NCBI RefSeq assembly: GCF_006345805.1
Contig: NW_021828038.1
Location: forward strand, 1-9,145
DNA from: Octopus sinensis
Taxonomy: Eukaryota
DNA length: 9,145 nucleotides
Direction: 5' to 3'
Shown: piece by piece, positions 1 to 8,848 of the stretch
How positions within the stretch are numbered: position 1 is the stretch's first letter
Layout: every line of letters begins with the position of its first letter
Notes under the pieces: generated by a model
The model's database searches: none
What the model saw: the letters and a program-made list of their open reading frames with translations, nothing else
What the model was told of the DNA's origin: nothing
Position numbers and translations under genes: made by a program

Positions 1-111
1 TTTTATACTTTTTGAGATCTAGTTATATGTTTTATAAAAATGTATTACTTGTTATTTATATTTTTGTTTATGTATCACTGTTTGAGTTGCATAATAGTGG
101 TTTTATCTCTA

Positions 112-159
112 ATTATATTATATATATATAATATCTAGATATATATATATATATATATA
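112..159. repeat. imperfect (TA)n microsatellite
   Basis: Directly visible TA runs left of the SINE at 161-381. Confidence 0.9.
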
Positions 160-160
160 G

Positions 161-381
161 TTCTTTACTACCCACAAGGGACTAAACAGAGGGACAAACA
201 AGGACAGACAAAGGGATTAAGTCGATTACATCGACCCAGTGCTAAACTGGTACTTTACTTATCGACCCCGAGAGGATGAAAAGCAAAGTCAACCTCGCGA
301 ATTTGAACTCAGAATGTAACGACAGACGAAATCCCGCTAAGCATTTCGCCAGGCGCCGTAACGTTTCTGCCAGCTCGCCGC
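161..381 (-). mobile_element. tRNA-derived SINE, near full length, tail type A (octopus OK/OR-like SINE group)
   Basis: Minus strand reads GGCGAGCTGGCAGAAACG (A-box region), GAGTTCAAAT (B box, 301-310), core TTTCATCCTCTCGGGGTCGATAAGTAAAGTACCAG...GGTCGATGTAATCGAC, then tail ...GTCCCTTGTGGGTAGTAAAGAA. The core recurs at 7072-7270, 7601-7812 and 8505-8698. Flanked by TA repeats on both sides. Confidence 0.88.
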
Positions 382-383
382 AT

Positions 384-408
384 TATATATATATATAATT
401 AATATATA

Positions 409-480
<72 letters not shown>
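384..480. repeat. (TA)n microsatellite
   Basis: Long TA run, nearly perfect from ~412 to 480. Confidence 0.97.
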
Positions 481-483
<3 letters not shown>

Positions 484-536
484 GAATGGAGGTGGAGGTG
501 TGCATGTAAGCAGTATAACAAATGTACGAGAGTATT

Positions 537-2280
537 TTTTATACTGACGACCTTAAGTTTTATGCTGCAGATGACAAGCAAATACAATAACGGCTGTAGA
601 GGGTAAACTAATTTAATTGATATTAGGTTCGAAGCAGGAAAATGTGCCAGACACGTTTGAAGAAAAAATATCATTTAGAATATTACCGTCATTGTAGATG
701 GGCAAACATATAGGAGAATTACACCAAACACAGGCATTCAAATATTTGGGAATCAATGAGAAACATACAGCTCACATATATGAACAGTTAGGAAAGAATG
801 TTATAGACTGATATGCATTAGGTTGATACTTATTTCGGAGCCGTATTTCTTTAGTAAGTGACTTGATTTTAGACCGTCAACGCAGCTTCTTGGTCTCAAG
901 TTGAATGTACTCAGTGTCAGTGACCAGGTTTCAGTTGTATGAAAAAAAAAATTGATATCTCAAAATAAATAATTATTTAAATTAATTTCTGTGTGTCATT
1001 AAATGTTTAATATGACTCTTCTGCATGTAATTTCTTAAATACTTCAAACAGAACTAAATGTAAAAGTAGAAGCTCTAGGCATCAATTTTCTAAATGTTTC
1101 GGGAATAATAGTTATGATATTCCAAATTAGACGCTAAATTAAGTAACCAGACTAGACAGATCACAAGAAAAATAATGACTGCATTAGAAGTGCGCCATTT
1201 GATATAGAAAGATAATATTTATCAAGAATGTAATTTGGTGTTATGCAACTAGGAAGCTTTTAAAGAATTGCTGTAGGATTAAAAATATAAAGTAAAGAAT
1301 AAGGGAAAACTAATACAGTTACAAAACGCGATAAAAAATCTGCATTTCTACTTCAAGAAACCAACAATACAAAATAAAGCTGAAATTATATGCAGCTCTG
1401 AGGAAAAATTTTTAAAAAAATACAGGAAATGTTAAAAAGCTAAAATCTTAATCAAATATGTGGCTACAAAATGCCATGCTGAAAAGATGACAAACAAATC
1501 TCTAACACGGTCAGTACCTGAGAGACTGAAGAGGATGCAAGCAATGAAAAAGTTTATAAGATTTCATGATTGCAGGAGTACATTAAAACCTTCTCATCAA
1601 TACCGTAAGAATCATGTTATATAGAAGAATACACTAAAGAATAACCGACTATACGAAGGTTGGAAAGAATCAATTAAAAACATTGTCTCTCGTTGCCCAA
1701 TTTTAGTAATAGACGAAAACACTACAGGCATGATACAGTTAAGACTTTTATACGCTGGAAGTTAAAGTATCAATATGAAATACTAATAAGAAAAAAACAG
1801 GTTTAAATCTATAACAGAAGCGGCCTCAGAGGATTACGAAACAATCACACAGAGATACGCCAAATCATACAGAGAGAAAGATCAAAGTTAATCTGGCGGA
1901 TATTGTTGTCACGGACCACTGGAAATGAAAGTGCATCATAGTCTTTATATCAGTCCCATAAGACGTTTGTATATTTCTAAAGGAAATGAATTAATTAGCC
2001 AAATATTAAAGGTTTCGACATAAAAGCAAACAGAAAATAGAAGCAATAATTGGTGCCTTAGAAATGGTTTAAGAAGCCCTGCTTGCAGACACATAACCCA
2101 AATTCAAAGACTTACAAATATACATAAAATTCACAAGTTAACATAACTTGATACTGTGCACATATTATGTAAAGTACCATAAGGTGGCGAGCTGGCAGTT
2201 TCTCTTCATCTAATATATACGCGCCTTAGTTCTCTGGTTAAGACCCGGTCGGAAGATGTGATAAAATGCAAATCAATCGG
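537..2280 (+). mobile_element. E1: heavily decayed, 5'-truncated R4/Dong-like non-LTR retrotransposon (RT C-terminal part, CCHC region, REL endonuclease, 3'UTR)
   Basis: Manual translation across stops and frameshifts: FYTDDLKFYA (537-566), KYLGI (740-754), ILQTELN (1039-1059), HGQY (~1506), IVSRCPIL..RHD (~1682-1734), VNLADIVVTDH..KCIIVFISVP (REL), IIGALEM, TVHILCKVP-stop (TAA 2180-2182), then ~100 bp 3'UTR. Interrupted by an insert at 832-1038. Confidence 0.8.
832..1038. other. unidentified 207-bp insertion inside E1
   Basis: Flanked by ATACTT at 826-831 and 1039-1044. Removing it gives RLILQTELN, matching the ..ILKTELN motif. No TIRs seen; internal A10 tract at 942-951. Confidence 0.5.
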
Positions 2281-2456
2281 AGAAGAAGAAGAAGAAGAAG
2301 AAGAAGAGAAGAAGAAGAAGAAGAAGAAGAGAAGAAGAGAAGCGAAGAAGAAGAAGACGAGAAGAAGACGAAGAGGACAAGAAAGAAGAAGAAAGAGAAG
2401 AAGAAAAGAAGAGAAGAAGAAGAAAACAACAACAACAACAACAACAACAACAATAA
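2281..2456 (+). repeat. compound microsatellite: degenerate (GAA)n, then (CAA)9, then one TAA
   Basis: Directly visible; follows the E1 3' end. Confidence 0.95.
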
Positions 2457-2804
2457 GAGAGAACAACGGGGACGTTTAACAAGTGAGAGCGATAAAACTG
2501 CTCCGAAATCTATCCAAAAACATCAGGAATAAAGACAACAAATGAAGCTTAAAATAACTGACAACGTGTTGGACTATATCCGAGTAAGTAATGCTCATTA
2601 AAATTTATTTCTATTTTCCGAATGAAACGATGTATTTTAACTGTGTGTCATCTCCGTCACCCGTAAACACGAGTAAACACACTCGCCACACCACGATCCA
2701 ATCAACATCAGACCATCTCCGTCCCCAACCACCAAGCACAAAAGAATGAAAAATAAATTAAATCTTACCCGTATTATTAAACCTAAGGTTTACGAACGGG
2801 AAGT

Positions 2805-3298
2805 CATATTGTCTCTGGCTGCTCATTCCTGGCTAAGAAAGAATATATTCAAAGACTCGACAGATTTAGGTTCTATATACTCTGGAAGCTATGCCAACAC
2901 AATGGAATAACAACATAAAAATGAGAAAACAACCATACTCTGGGATATGCCAATACACATAGATAGAGAAATTAAGGCTAATAGGCCAGATATAGTTGTC
3001 AGAGATCAAGAAAATAAATGCTTTCTAATCGATGTATCAATACCAACAAACGACAATGTTTTGTTTTTTTTTTAAGAAATGGAGAAACCTTTAAAATATA
3101 AAAACCTGAAAATAGAGGTAACTCGAATGTAGAATCTAAAAACAGAAACAATTTCTATCATAGTGGCTACATTAGGTATGATAAAAACATATTCAGACAA
3201 ATACATAACAAAAACACCATCCTAGTAAAACTCTTTCAATACAATAAAAATAAAAACATCACAACAAACCACAACACTTACCCAAGCCACACAGAGCT
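2805..3298 (+). mobile_element. E2: 5'-truncated R4/Dong-like fragment (end of CCHC, REL, partly deleted 3'UTR)
   Basis: HIVSGCSFLAKKEYIQRLDR..WKLCQH; ILWDMPIHIDREIKANRPDIVV (RPD 2983-2991); CFLIDVSIP; KYKNLKIEVTRM; with internal stops and deletions. 3'UTR 3260-3298 matches the minus strand of 8895-8933 at 35/39. Confidence 0.9.
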
Positions 3299-3418
<120 letters not shown>

Positions 3419-4264
3419 GTGCTTAAAAATGACCACATCTTACTCCTCTGGAACTTCACCGTTCAAACTGACAGAAAGATAAATGCTAATAAGCCAGACA
3501 TTATACTGAAGGACTTGATACAAAAAGCATGCCTCCTCATCGGTATGACTGTCCCAATCGATTTAAATGTATCTGTCAAGACCTACCAAAAGCTGAGCGA
3601 GATCTTGAAATAGAAATTAACAAAATGTGGAAACACAAGGCTAAAACAATACCTGTTGTCATAGGTGCCCTTGGAATTATAGCAAAAGGAGCTTATTCCC
3701 ACCTAGATCAGATACTAGGAAATCCAAAAATGGAAGAAATTCAAAAAATAGTGCTCATAGGAACTGCTCATATCCTATGTAAAATACTGTCTATGTAATC
3801 CCCGAAATATTTTAATCCGTAAACAATGTTTAAATACTTTTAAATGTACTTAACAGCAAACACCTTTTACCGTCATCTTAACATCAGACTACCATCTTAC
3901 TAATTTACTTATAAAACAAACTTCAAGTTTACCTATGTATTTTTTTATTTTGTTTTTTTTACAGACATTCTCTAGAACAATACTCTGTGCAAAACCAAAT
4001 ATATGACACCCTAGTCATAACACCAGTCTGTGCGGATCTTTTCCAATGATATTAAGATGGAGTTTAGGCTCCCAAACTGTGCTACGATGGTGACGAGACG
4101 AGGAAAGCTTGTCAGGACAGAAGGCATAGGGTTGGCAAGTGGTGAAATGATGAAGGCAGTTCAACCTCAATCCAGCTATAAATACCTGGGGATACTTCTA
4201 ACTTGTTGTCTCTTGAGGTCTCTGGGTGAAGTCAACTTTTACAAATACAAAGCAAAAGCCAAAC
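3419..4264 (+). mobile_element. E3: 5'-truncated R4/Dong-like fragment (REL domain and long 3'UTR), with a 175-bp insert at 4023-4197
   Basis: ORFs 3419-3613 and 3529-3798 join by a frameshift: LLWNFTVQTDRKINANKPDII (KPD 3491-3499)...DLEIEINKMWK..IPVVIGALG..EIQKIVLIGTAHILCKILSM-stop (3798). AT-rich 3'UTR runs 3799-4022; I infer it resumes at 4198-4264, which carries the same end motif as the other elements. Confidence 0.88.
4023..4197 (+). repeat. 175-bp direct duplicate of 4627-4801 (E4 RT-coding segment)
   Basis: Base-by-base comparison gives 173/175 identity, offset 604. Differences are 4094 C vs 4698 T and 4139 G vs 4743 A. Confidence 0.97.
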
Positions 4265-6105
4265 GAAAATTAATATCGAGAAGTGTACGATATGATACCA
4301 CACTCCTGGACAATAAGAACATTGGAAATGTATGGAGTAGCAGAAAACATGAGAAACCTTATATCGAACAGTATGAAATGGTGGATAACGGAATTGACTG
4401 TAGGGAATCAATTATCAAGAGAGGTGAAAACGAAGAGAGGAATCTTCCAAGGGGATAGCGTGTTCCCAATGATCTCTGTGCTGGGAATGATCCCCTTGAG
4501 TGAAATATTACAGAAAACAAAGTTGGGGTATGACCTAGGAAGAGGTAAGGGAAAACGGAACCACTTGCTATTCATGGATGACTTGAAGATATTTACAAAA
4601 AGGGAAGCAGAACTGGAGACCCTAGTCCAGTCTGTGCGGATCTTTTCCAATGATATTAAGATGGAGTTTAGGCTCCCAAACTGTGCTACGATGGTGATGA
4701 GACGAGGAAAGCTTGTCAGGACAGAAGGCATAGGGTTGGCAAATGGTGAAATGATGAAGGCAGTTCAACCTCAATCCAGCTATAAATACCTGGGGATACT
4801 TGAGGCAGATGGAATTAAACACAATGACTTGAAAAAAAAAAGAAAAATAAGTACCTGCGGCGAGTGAGAAAAGTACTGGCTTCAAAGCTGAATGCCAGAA
4901 ACATAATTTCAGCAATAAACTCGTGTGCAGTCGCAGTAGTTCAGTATGGCGCTGGAATCCTGAAGTGGACAGAGGAGGAGCTAAAGAAGATCGAAAGGAA
5001 GTCAAGGAAGCTCCTAACGATGCATGGAGCCCTTCACCCACGTGCAGACACTGCTCGCCTATACACGAAGAGAGAAAATGGTTGAAGGGGACTAATAAGT
5101 GTGGAAAACTACGTGCATATCGAATTCAAGAGCTTAATGAGATGCCTAGCCTAAAGTAAGGAAACCTTGCTAGCGATAGTTAGGAACGAGGGAACATTGA
5201 AAGCAAAGAAAAAAGAAAAAAACTGAGGAAGAAGTACAAAAAGGACATGAAGAAAAATTGCGCAACAAGGGACTATCCAATCAATTCCATGGAGTCACAA
5301 CTGAAGTTGCTGGGAAAATAAGGGGATTAGCTGAAGAAAGGAGCACTAAAAAAAGAAACCGAGAGCACTATACTGACACAAGACCAAGCTTTGGTCACGA
5401 ACTGGAGAGTCAACCTTTGGAATGAGCAAGTGTCTCTGCTGTGCCGCATCAGTAATAGAGTGGATGAAACCATTGCCCATATCACAAACGAATGCCTTAG
5501 ACTTGCCCCAACCCACAACAAGTTGTGGCGACACGATCAAATAGCGAAAGTGCTACAATGGAAGCTGTGCAAAAGGTGAGGGATAGAGAGAGGCAAGACG
5601 TGGTATGAGCACAAACCGTAGAGAGTGGTGGAGTCGGAGACTAACAAAATCCTCTTGGATTTCCCAATCCGAACAGGTCAGGTGCTAAAACATAACAGAC
5701 CTGACCTAGAGGTGGTGGACAAGGTGCATTACACATGCTATATAGTTGACATTGCATGTTCCTTTGACCTTCGAAGAGTCAAGAAGGAATGCGAAAAAAT
5801 ACAAATACAACCCTCTTAAGCACGAAATAGCCCGGCTATGGAAAATGAAAAAGGTGAAAATAGTGCCAATTATTGTTGGGTGCTTGGGGACAGTATCAGA
5901 AGGCATCAAGAAGAATATAAAGGAAATTGGAATAGAGTGCGGAGTAGAACTGTTAAAAAAAGCTGCTTCCTTGACACGGCCAGATTAATCAGGAAAGTAT
6001 AAGATGACTGAAAAGAATGGACAGCATGGTACCGCAGGCTGCAGGTAGCATGCCCGCTACGCATGCAAGACTATGGGAGTTCCAACAAAGCATATGCTAA
6101 AAAGA

Positions 6106-6107
<2 letters not shown>
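4265..6107 (+). mobile_element. E4: largest and least decayed R4/Dong-like piece, 5'-truncated within RT (RT, CCHC, REL, 3'UTR); pseudogenised
   Basis: YDMIPHSW; IFQGDS (QGD 4448-4456); NHLLFMDDLKIF (FMDD 4571-4582); YKYLGIL; LHPRADTARLY; QDQAL; degenerate zinc knuckle CRIS..ETIAHITNEC (5442-5495); RHD; HNRPDL (RPD 5697-5705); PIIVGCLG; ends ARLIRKV-stop (~6002). Several stops and frameshifts; visibly less AT-rich than E1-E3. Confidence 0.93.

Positions 6108-6187
<80 letters not shown>
6108..6187 (+). repeat. (TAA)n microsatellite between E4 and E5
   Basis: Directly visible; one TA slip near 6147. Confidence 0.97.
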
Positions 6188-6191
<4 letters not shown>

Positions 6192-6459
6192 AATGATCCC
6201 TGGCTTACCATCCCTGCAAGAAGTGCAAAAGATTGTCTTAACTAGTACATCACACGTATTGAGAAGAGCATTGTCGCTGTGAGAGCTGTTACTGCCCATG
6301 TATTTTAATTTAACCTTAAAAAAAAAATATGAACGAACTATTGAGTTTGGTTTAATGGCCTACCAATGTATGCTATGAGTTTCTTTGCCCTAGGAGTCGG
6401 GAAGACACTCGGCAAGAAATGGAAGCAAATTTGAAAGAAGAAGAAAAAAACAAAAAAAC
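6188..6459 (+). mobile_element. E5: very short R4/Dong-like 3' end (last ~30 codons and 3'UTR)
   Basis: IPGLPSLQEVQKIVLTSTSHVLRRALSL-stop (6282) parallels the E3 C-terminus (NPKMEEIQKIVLIGTAHILCKILSM). 3'UTR differs from E3 and ends in GAAGAAGAAAAAAACAAAAAAAC. Confidence 0.85.
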
Positions 6460-6483
6460 AATAATAATAATAATAATAATAAT
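6460..6483 (+). repeat. (TAA)n array, ~8 units, between E5 and E6
   Basis: Directly visible. Confidence 0.95.
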
Positions 6484-7007
6484 CTCTTAAGTGATTGCAG
6501 TAAGCTAATAAAAAGGAGTATAAGAGCAAATACGACTGTCTCGATAAAAGAGTACGTTGGGATGTTTGCCAGATTAATGGTATGAACACGAGCTAAAAAC
6601 TATGATTGCGAATGATAGTTCTCAAGATAATTACATGGGGTTTCTCCATAGGGATAGATGAAACTAAGGAAGCAAACAGATTAGATATGATTGTAGAGGA
6701 CAGAAAAACAAATAATGCAAAATCGTTGATTTTATAACCACCTATGATAGTACGAATATCAAAGAAACTAAAGAAATTGAGAAGTATCAGAACCAAGCCA
6801 CAGTGTTGAAGAGGTTGTGGGACACAAGGGTCAAAATTGTTCTTATGATAATTGGTGCTCTCGGGACGACACCCAAATTAAGATTCTAAAGTATTGCCGA
6901 CTTGCAGAAAAGTGCTACGCAGCATACTTCAGGTTTGAGGAGACTTGTTGCCACCAAACCCCAGGATAACAATTCTGCTAATTAAATTACCAAGTAACAA
7001 CTTTTGT
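6484..7007 (+). mobile_element. E6: decayed 5'-truncated R4/Dong-like fragment (end of CCHC, REL, short 3'UTR)
   Basis: Across frameshifts: LLSDCSKL..KEYKSKYD..RWDVCQ; EANRLDMIVED; KEIEKYQNQATVLKRLWDTRVKIVLMIIGALGTTPK; IADLQKSA. Confidence 0.8.
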
Positions 7008-7071
7008 ATAATAACATCAACAACGACAACAACAACAACAGCAACAACAAGAACAACAATAATAATTATTA
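7008..7071 (+). repeat. compound (TAA)/(CAA)n array ending AATAATAATTATT
   Basis: Directly visible between the E6 3' end and the 3' end of the minus-strand SINE. Confidence 0.9.
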
Positions 7072-7270
7072 TTTCAAATTTTTGTCACAGGGGAAGCTTG
7101 GGGGAGGTGGGGATGAGTCGATTACATTGATCCCAATGTTTAACTGGTATTTATTTTATCGACCTCGAAAGGATTAAAGGCAAAGACGACCTCGGCGAAA
7201 TTTGAACTCAGAACGTAGCGACGGGCGTAGTACCGCTACGTATTTCCTCCAGCATGCTAACGATTCTGCC
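7072..7270 (-). mobile_element. tRNA-derived SINE, tail type B
   Basis: B box GAGTTCAAA (7201-7209 on minus); core as in 161-381; sense tail ...CCCCTGTGACAAAAATTTGAAA. Confidence 0.87.
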
Positions 7271-7323
7271 TTAACAACAATGACAATAATAATAATAACA
7301 ATAATAGTTTCAACAGTTCCTGA

Positions 7324-7375
7324 TTTTATCGACGCCGAAAGGATGAAGTGCCAAGTAACCTCGGTGACATTTGAA
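7324..7375 (-). mobile_element. SINE core fragment
   Basis: TTTTATCGACGCCGAAAGGATGAAGTGCCAAGTAACCTCGGTGACATTTGAA aligns with 7155-7206. Confidence 0.75.
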
Positions 7376-7424
7376 GGCAGAGCTTTCGGGGGTTAACAAA
7401 AAAGGACCAGTTAGGCCTTCGACT

Positions 7425-7458
7425 AAAATTGCTGGCATTGTGCTGAATTTTCAAACCA
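7425..7458 (+). mobile_element. SINE type-B 3' tail fragment
   Basis: AAAATTGCTGGCATTGTGCTGAATTTTCAAACC resembles the tail at 8669-8698 (AAATTATTGTTCCTGTGCCAAAATTTGAAA) and is followed by a triplet array. Confidence 0.55.
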
Positions 7459-7552
7459 ATAATAATAATTATTATTATTATTATTATTATTATTATTTTT
7501 AATATTATTATCATCTTCATCATCATCATCATCATCATCATTAATATTATTA

Positions 7553-7600
<48 letters not shown>
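7459..7600. repeat. compound (AAT)n/(ATT)n/(CAT)n/(ATT)n microsatellite
   Basis: Directly visible. Confidence 0.95.
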
Positions 7601-7602
<2 letters not shown>

Positions 7603-7812
7603 TCTACAATAGGCACAAGGTGGGGAAGGAGATAATCGATTACATCAATGCCAGTGCTTACTTAACTGGTACTTACTATATCTATAAGTACATCGGCGAT
7701 AAAGTCAACCTCCGCGGCATTTGAACTCAGAATGCAAAGACATGCGAAATGCCGCAAAGCCCGGTACGGTAAGGAAATACCGTTTTGTCCGGCGCAGTAA
7801 CTAATCTCCTAG
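7601..7812 (-). mobile_element. tRNA-derived SINE, tail type C, diverged, with a small insert in the tRNA-like head
   Basis: B box at 7719-7728; partial core; sense tail ...CCTTGTGCCTATTGTAGAAA. Confidence 0.8.
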
Positions 7813-7836
7813 CTTACAGTCCTAATAATAACAATG

Positions 7837-7914
7837 AGAAGAAGAAGAAGAGAAGAAGAAGAAGAAGAAGAAGAAGAAGAAGAAGAAGAAGAAGAAGAAG
7901 AAGAAGAAGAAGAA
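7837..7914 (+). repeat. (GAA)n microsatellite
   Basis: Directly visible. Confidence 0.96.
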
Positions 7915-7933
7915 CGCTTTCTTTATTAACCAA

Positions 7934-8316
7934 CTAGCAGTATCGCCCGGCGTTGCTCAGGTTTGTAAGGGAAATAACTATAAAGCATTTTTAGAGAGTT
8001 ATACCAAAAAATAGCAAAAAAATGGAAAAAAAATGATGGTAAATATTTTTGAGAGTTAAAAAAGGTGGAGTTTGCGTCCCTAGACGGTCTGTGGGTTTGG
8101 GTTTCTGATTCTCGACCCCATGTCGAATTTATCGATTTTTTTCAGAACTGGGGGAACTTTTCAAATTTTCGCGCTGCGTTAGTTTTGAATTATGACATTG
8201 GGCTATGTGTGTGTCAGTTTCATCAGAATCGGTTGAAAGCCGTGGTCAGAGTGAGGGTACGAGAAAACAGACACACAGAAAACGCACAGACAAACTGCCG
8301 TTTATATAGAGAGAGA
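7934..8316 (-). mobile_element. non-autonomous Helitron, 383 bp, complete ends
   Basis: Minus strand starts A|TCTCTCTCTATATAAACGG (5' TC at 8316-8315) with TGTCTG/TGTG repeats near the 5' end. It ends with the GC hairpin CCTGAGCAACGCCGGG (7961-7946), 8 nt, then CTAG|T (7937-7934). Inserted between A and T with no TSD, the established Helitron signature. Confidence 0.85.
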
Positions 8317-8504
8317 TAATGATTCAAAAATAACAAGAGAAATATAAAATGATTTTAAAATTTGTAACACTATAAATTCTAACAATGAAAAATTCCCCAG
8401 TGGGAGACTCCTAAGGCTCCTTGTGGGGAGCACACAAAATCACGGTCACCCTCAGCACTAGGGTAAGTGCCCTCTTAAAGATCATCTTCCTTTAATCTCC
8501 AGGC

Positions 8505-8698
8505 GCGTGCTTAGAATTCATTCCGACCATTCTTGTGGCATTTCGTCCGTCTTCACATTCTGTGCTCAAATTCCGCTGAGGTCGACTTTACCTATCACCC
8601 TTTCGGTTTGATAAAATAAGTACCAGTTGAGTACCGTGGTCGATGTAATCGAGTCACACTCTCCCCCGAAATTATTGTTCCTGTGCCAAAATTTGAAA
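8505..8698 (+). mobile_element. tRNA-derived SINE, tail type B; 5' boundary approximate
   Basis: Degenerate B box GTGCTCAAATTCC (8562-8574); core GAGGTCGACTTTACCTATCACCCTTTCGGTTTGATAAAATAAGTACCAG..GGTCGATGTAATCGA; tail CCTGTGCCAAAATTTGAAA. Confidence 0.87.
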
Positions 8699-8705
8699 TC
8701 ATCAC

Positions 8706-8759
<54 letters not shown>

Positions 8760-8780
8760 TATTATTATCATCATTATTAC

Positions 8781-8832
<52 letters not shown>

Positions 8833-8848
8833 TTATTATTATATTATT
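8699..8848. repeat. compound (ATC)n(ATT)n microsatellite
   Basis: Directly visible; reads (TAA)n on the minus strand next to E7. Confidence 0.96.

Noticed and set aside
399-674. Minus-strand 91-aa ORF ending in IYIYIY
   Set aside because: Ends in the (TA)n array and is antisense to decayed RT sequence; no protein signal.
2206-2532. Five overlapping ORFs rich in poly-E/K/R/S/L/F
   Set aside because: Translations of the GAA/CAA microsatellite, which lacks stops.
2527-2589. Possible exon ending at a perfect donor CGA|GTAAGT (2584-2589)
   Set aside because: The nearest upstream AG has no polypyrimidine tract and all three frames of 2527-2583 contain stops.
2460-2590. Possible additional very decayed R4/Dong C-terminus after the CAA array
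   Set aside because: Only vague resemblance (GTF..TSGI); no REL motif or 3'UTR motif I can support.
4030-4458. 142-aa ORF as a novel chimeric protein
   Set aside because: Accidental read-through of the duplicated RT patch, E3 3'UTR and an off-frame part of E4.
4283-6002. E4 as an active retrotransposon
   Set aside because: 5'-truncated, several in-frame stops and frameshifts, second zinc-knuckle cysteine replaced by serine.
8195-8226. CTGATGA on the minus strand (8225-8219) as a hammerhead ribozyme core
   Set aside because: No stem II/GAAA/stem III arrangement follows; it lies in ordinary Helitron internal sequence.
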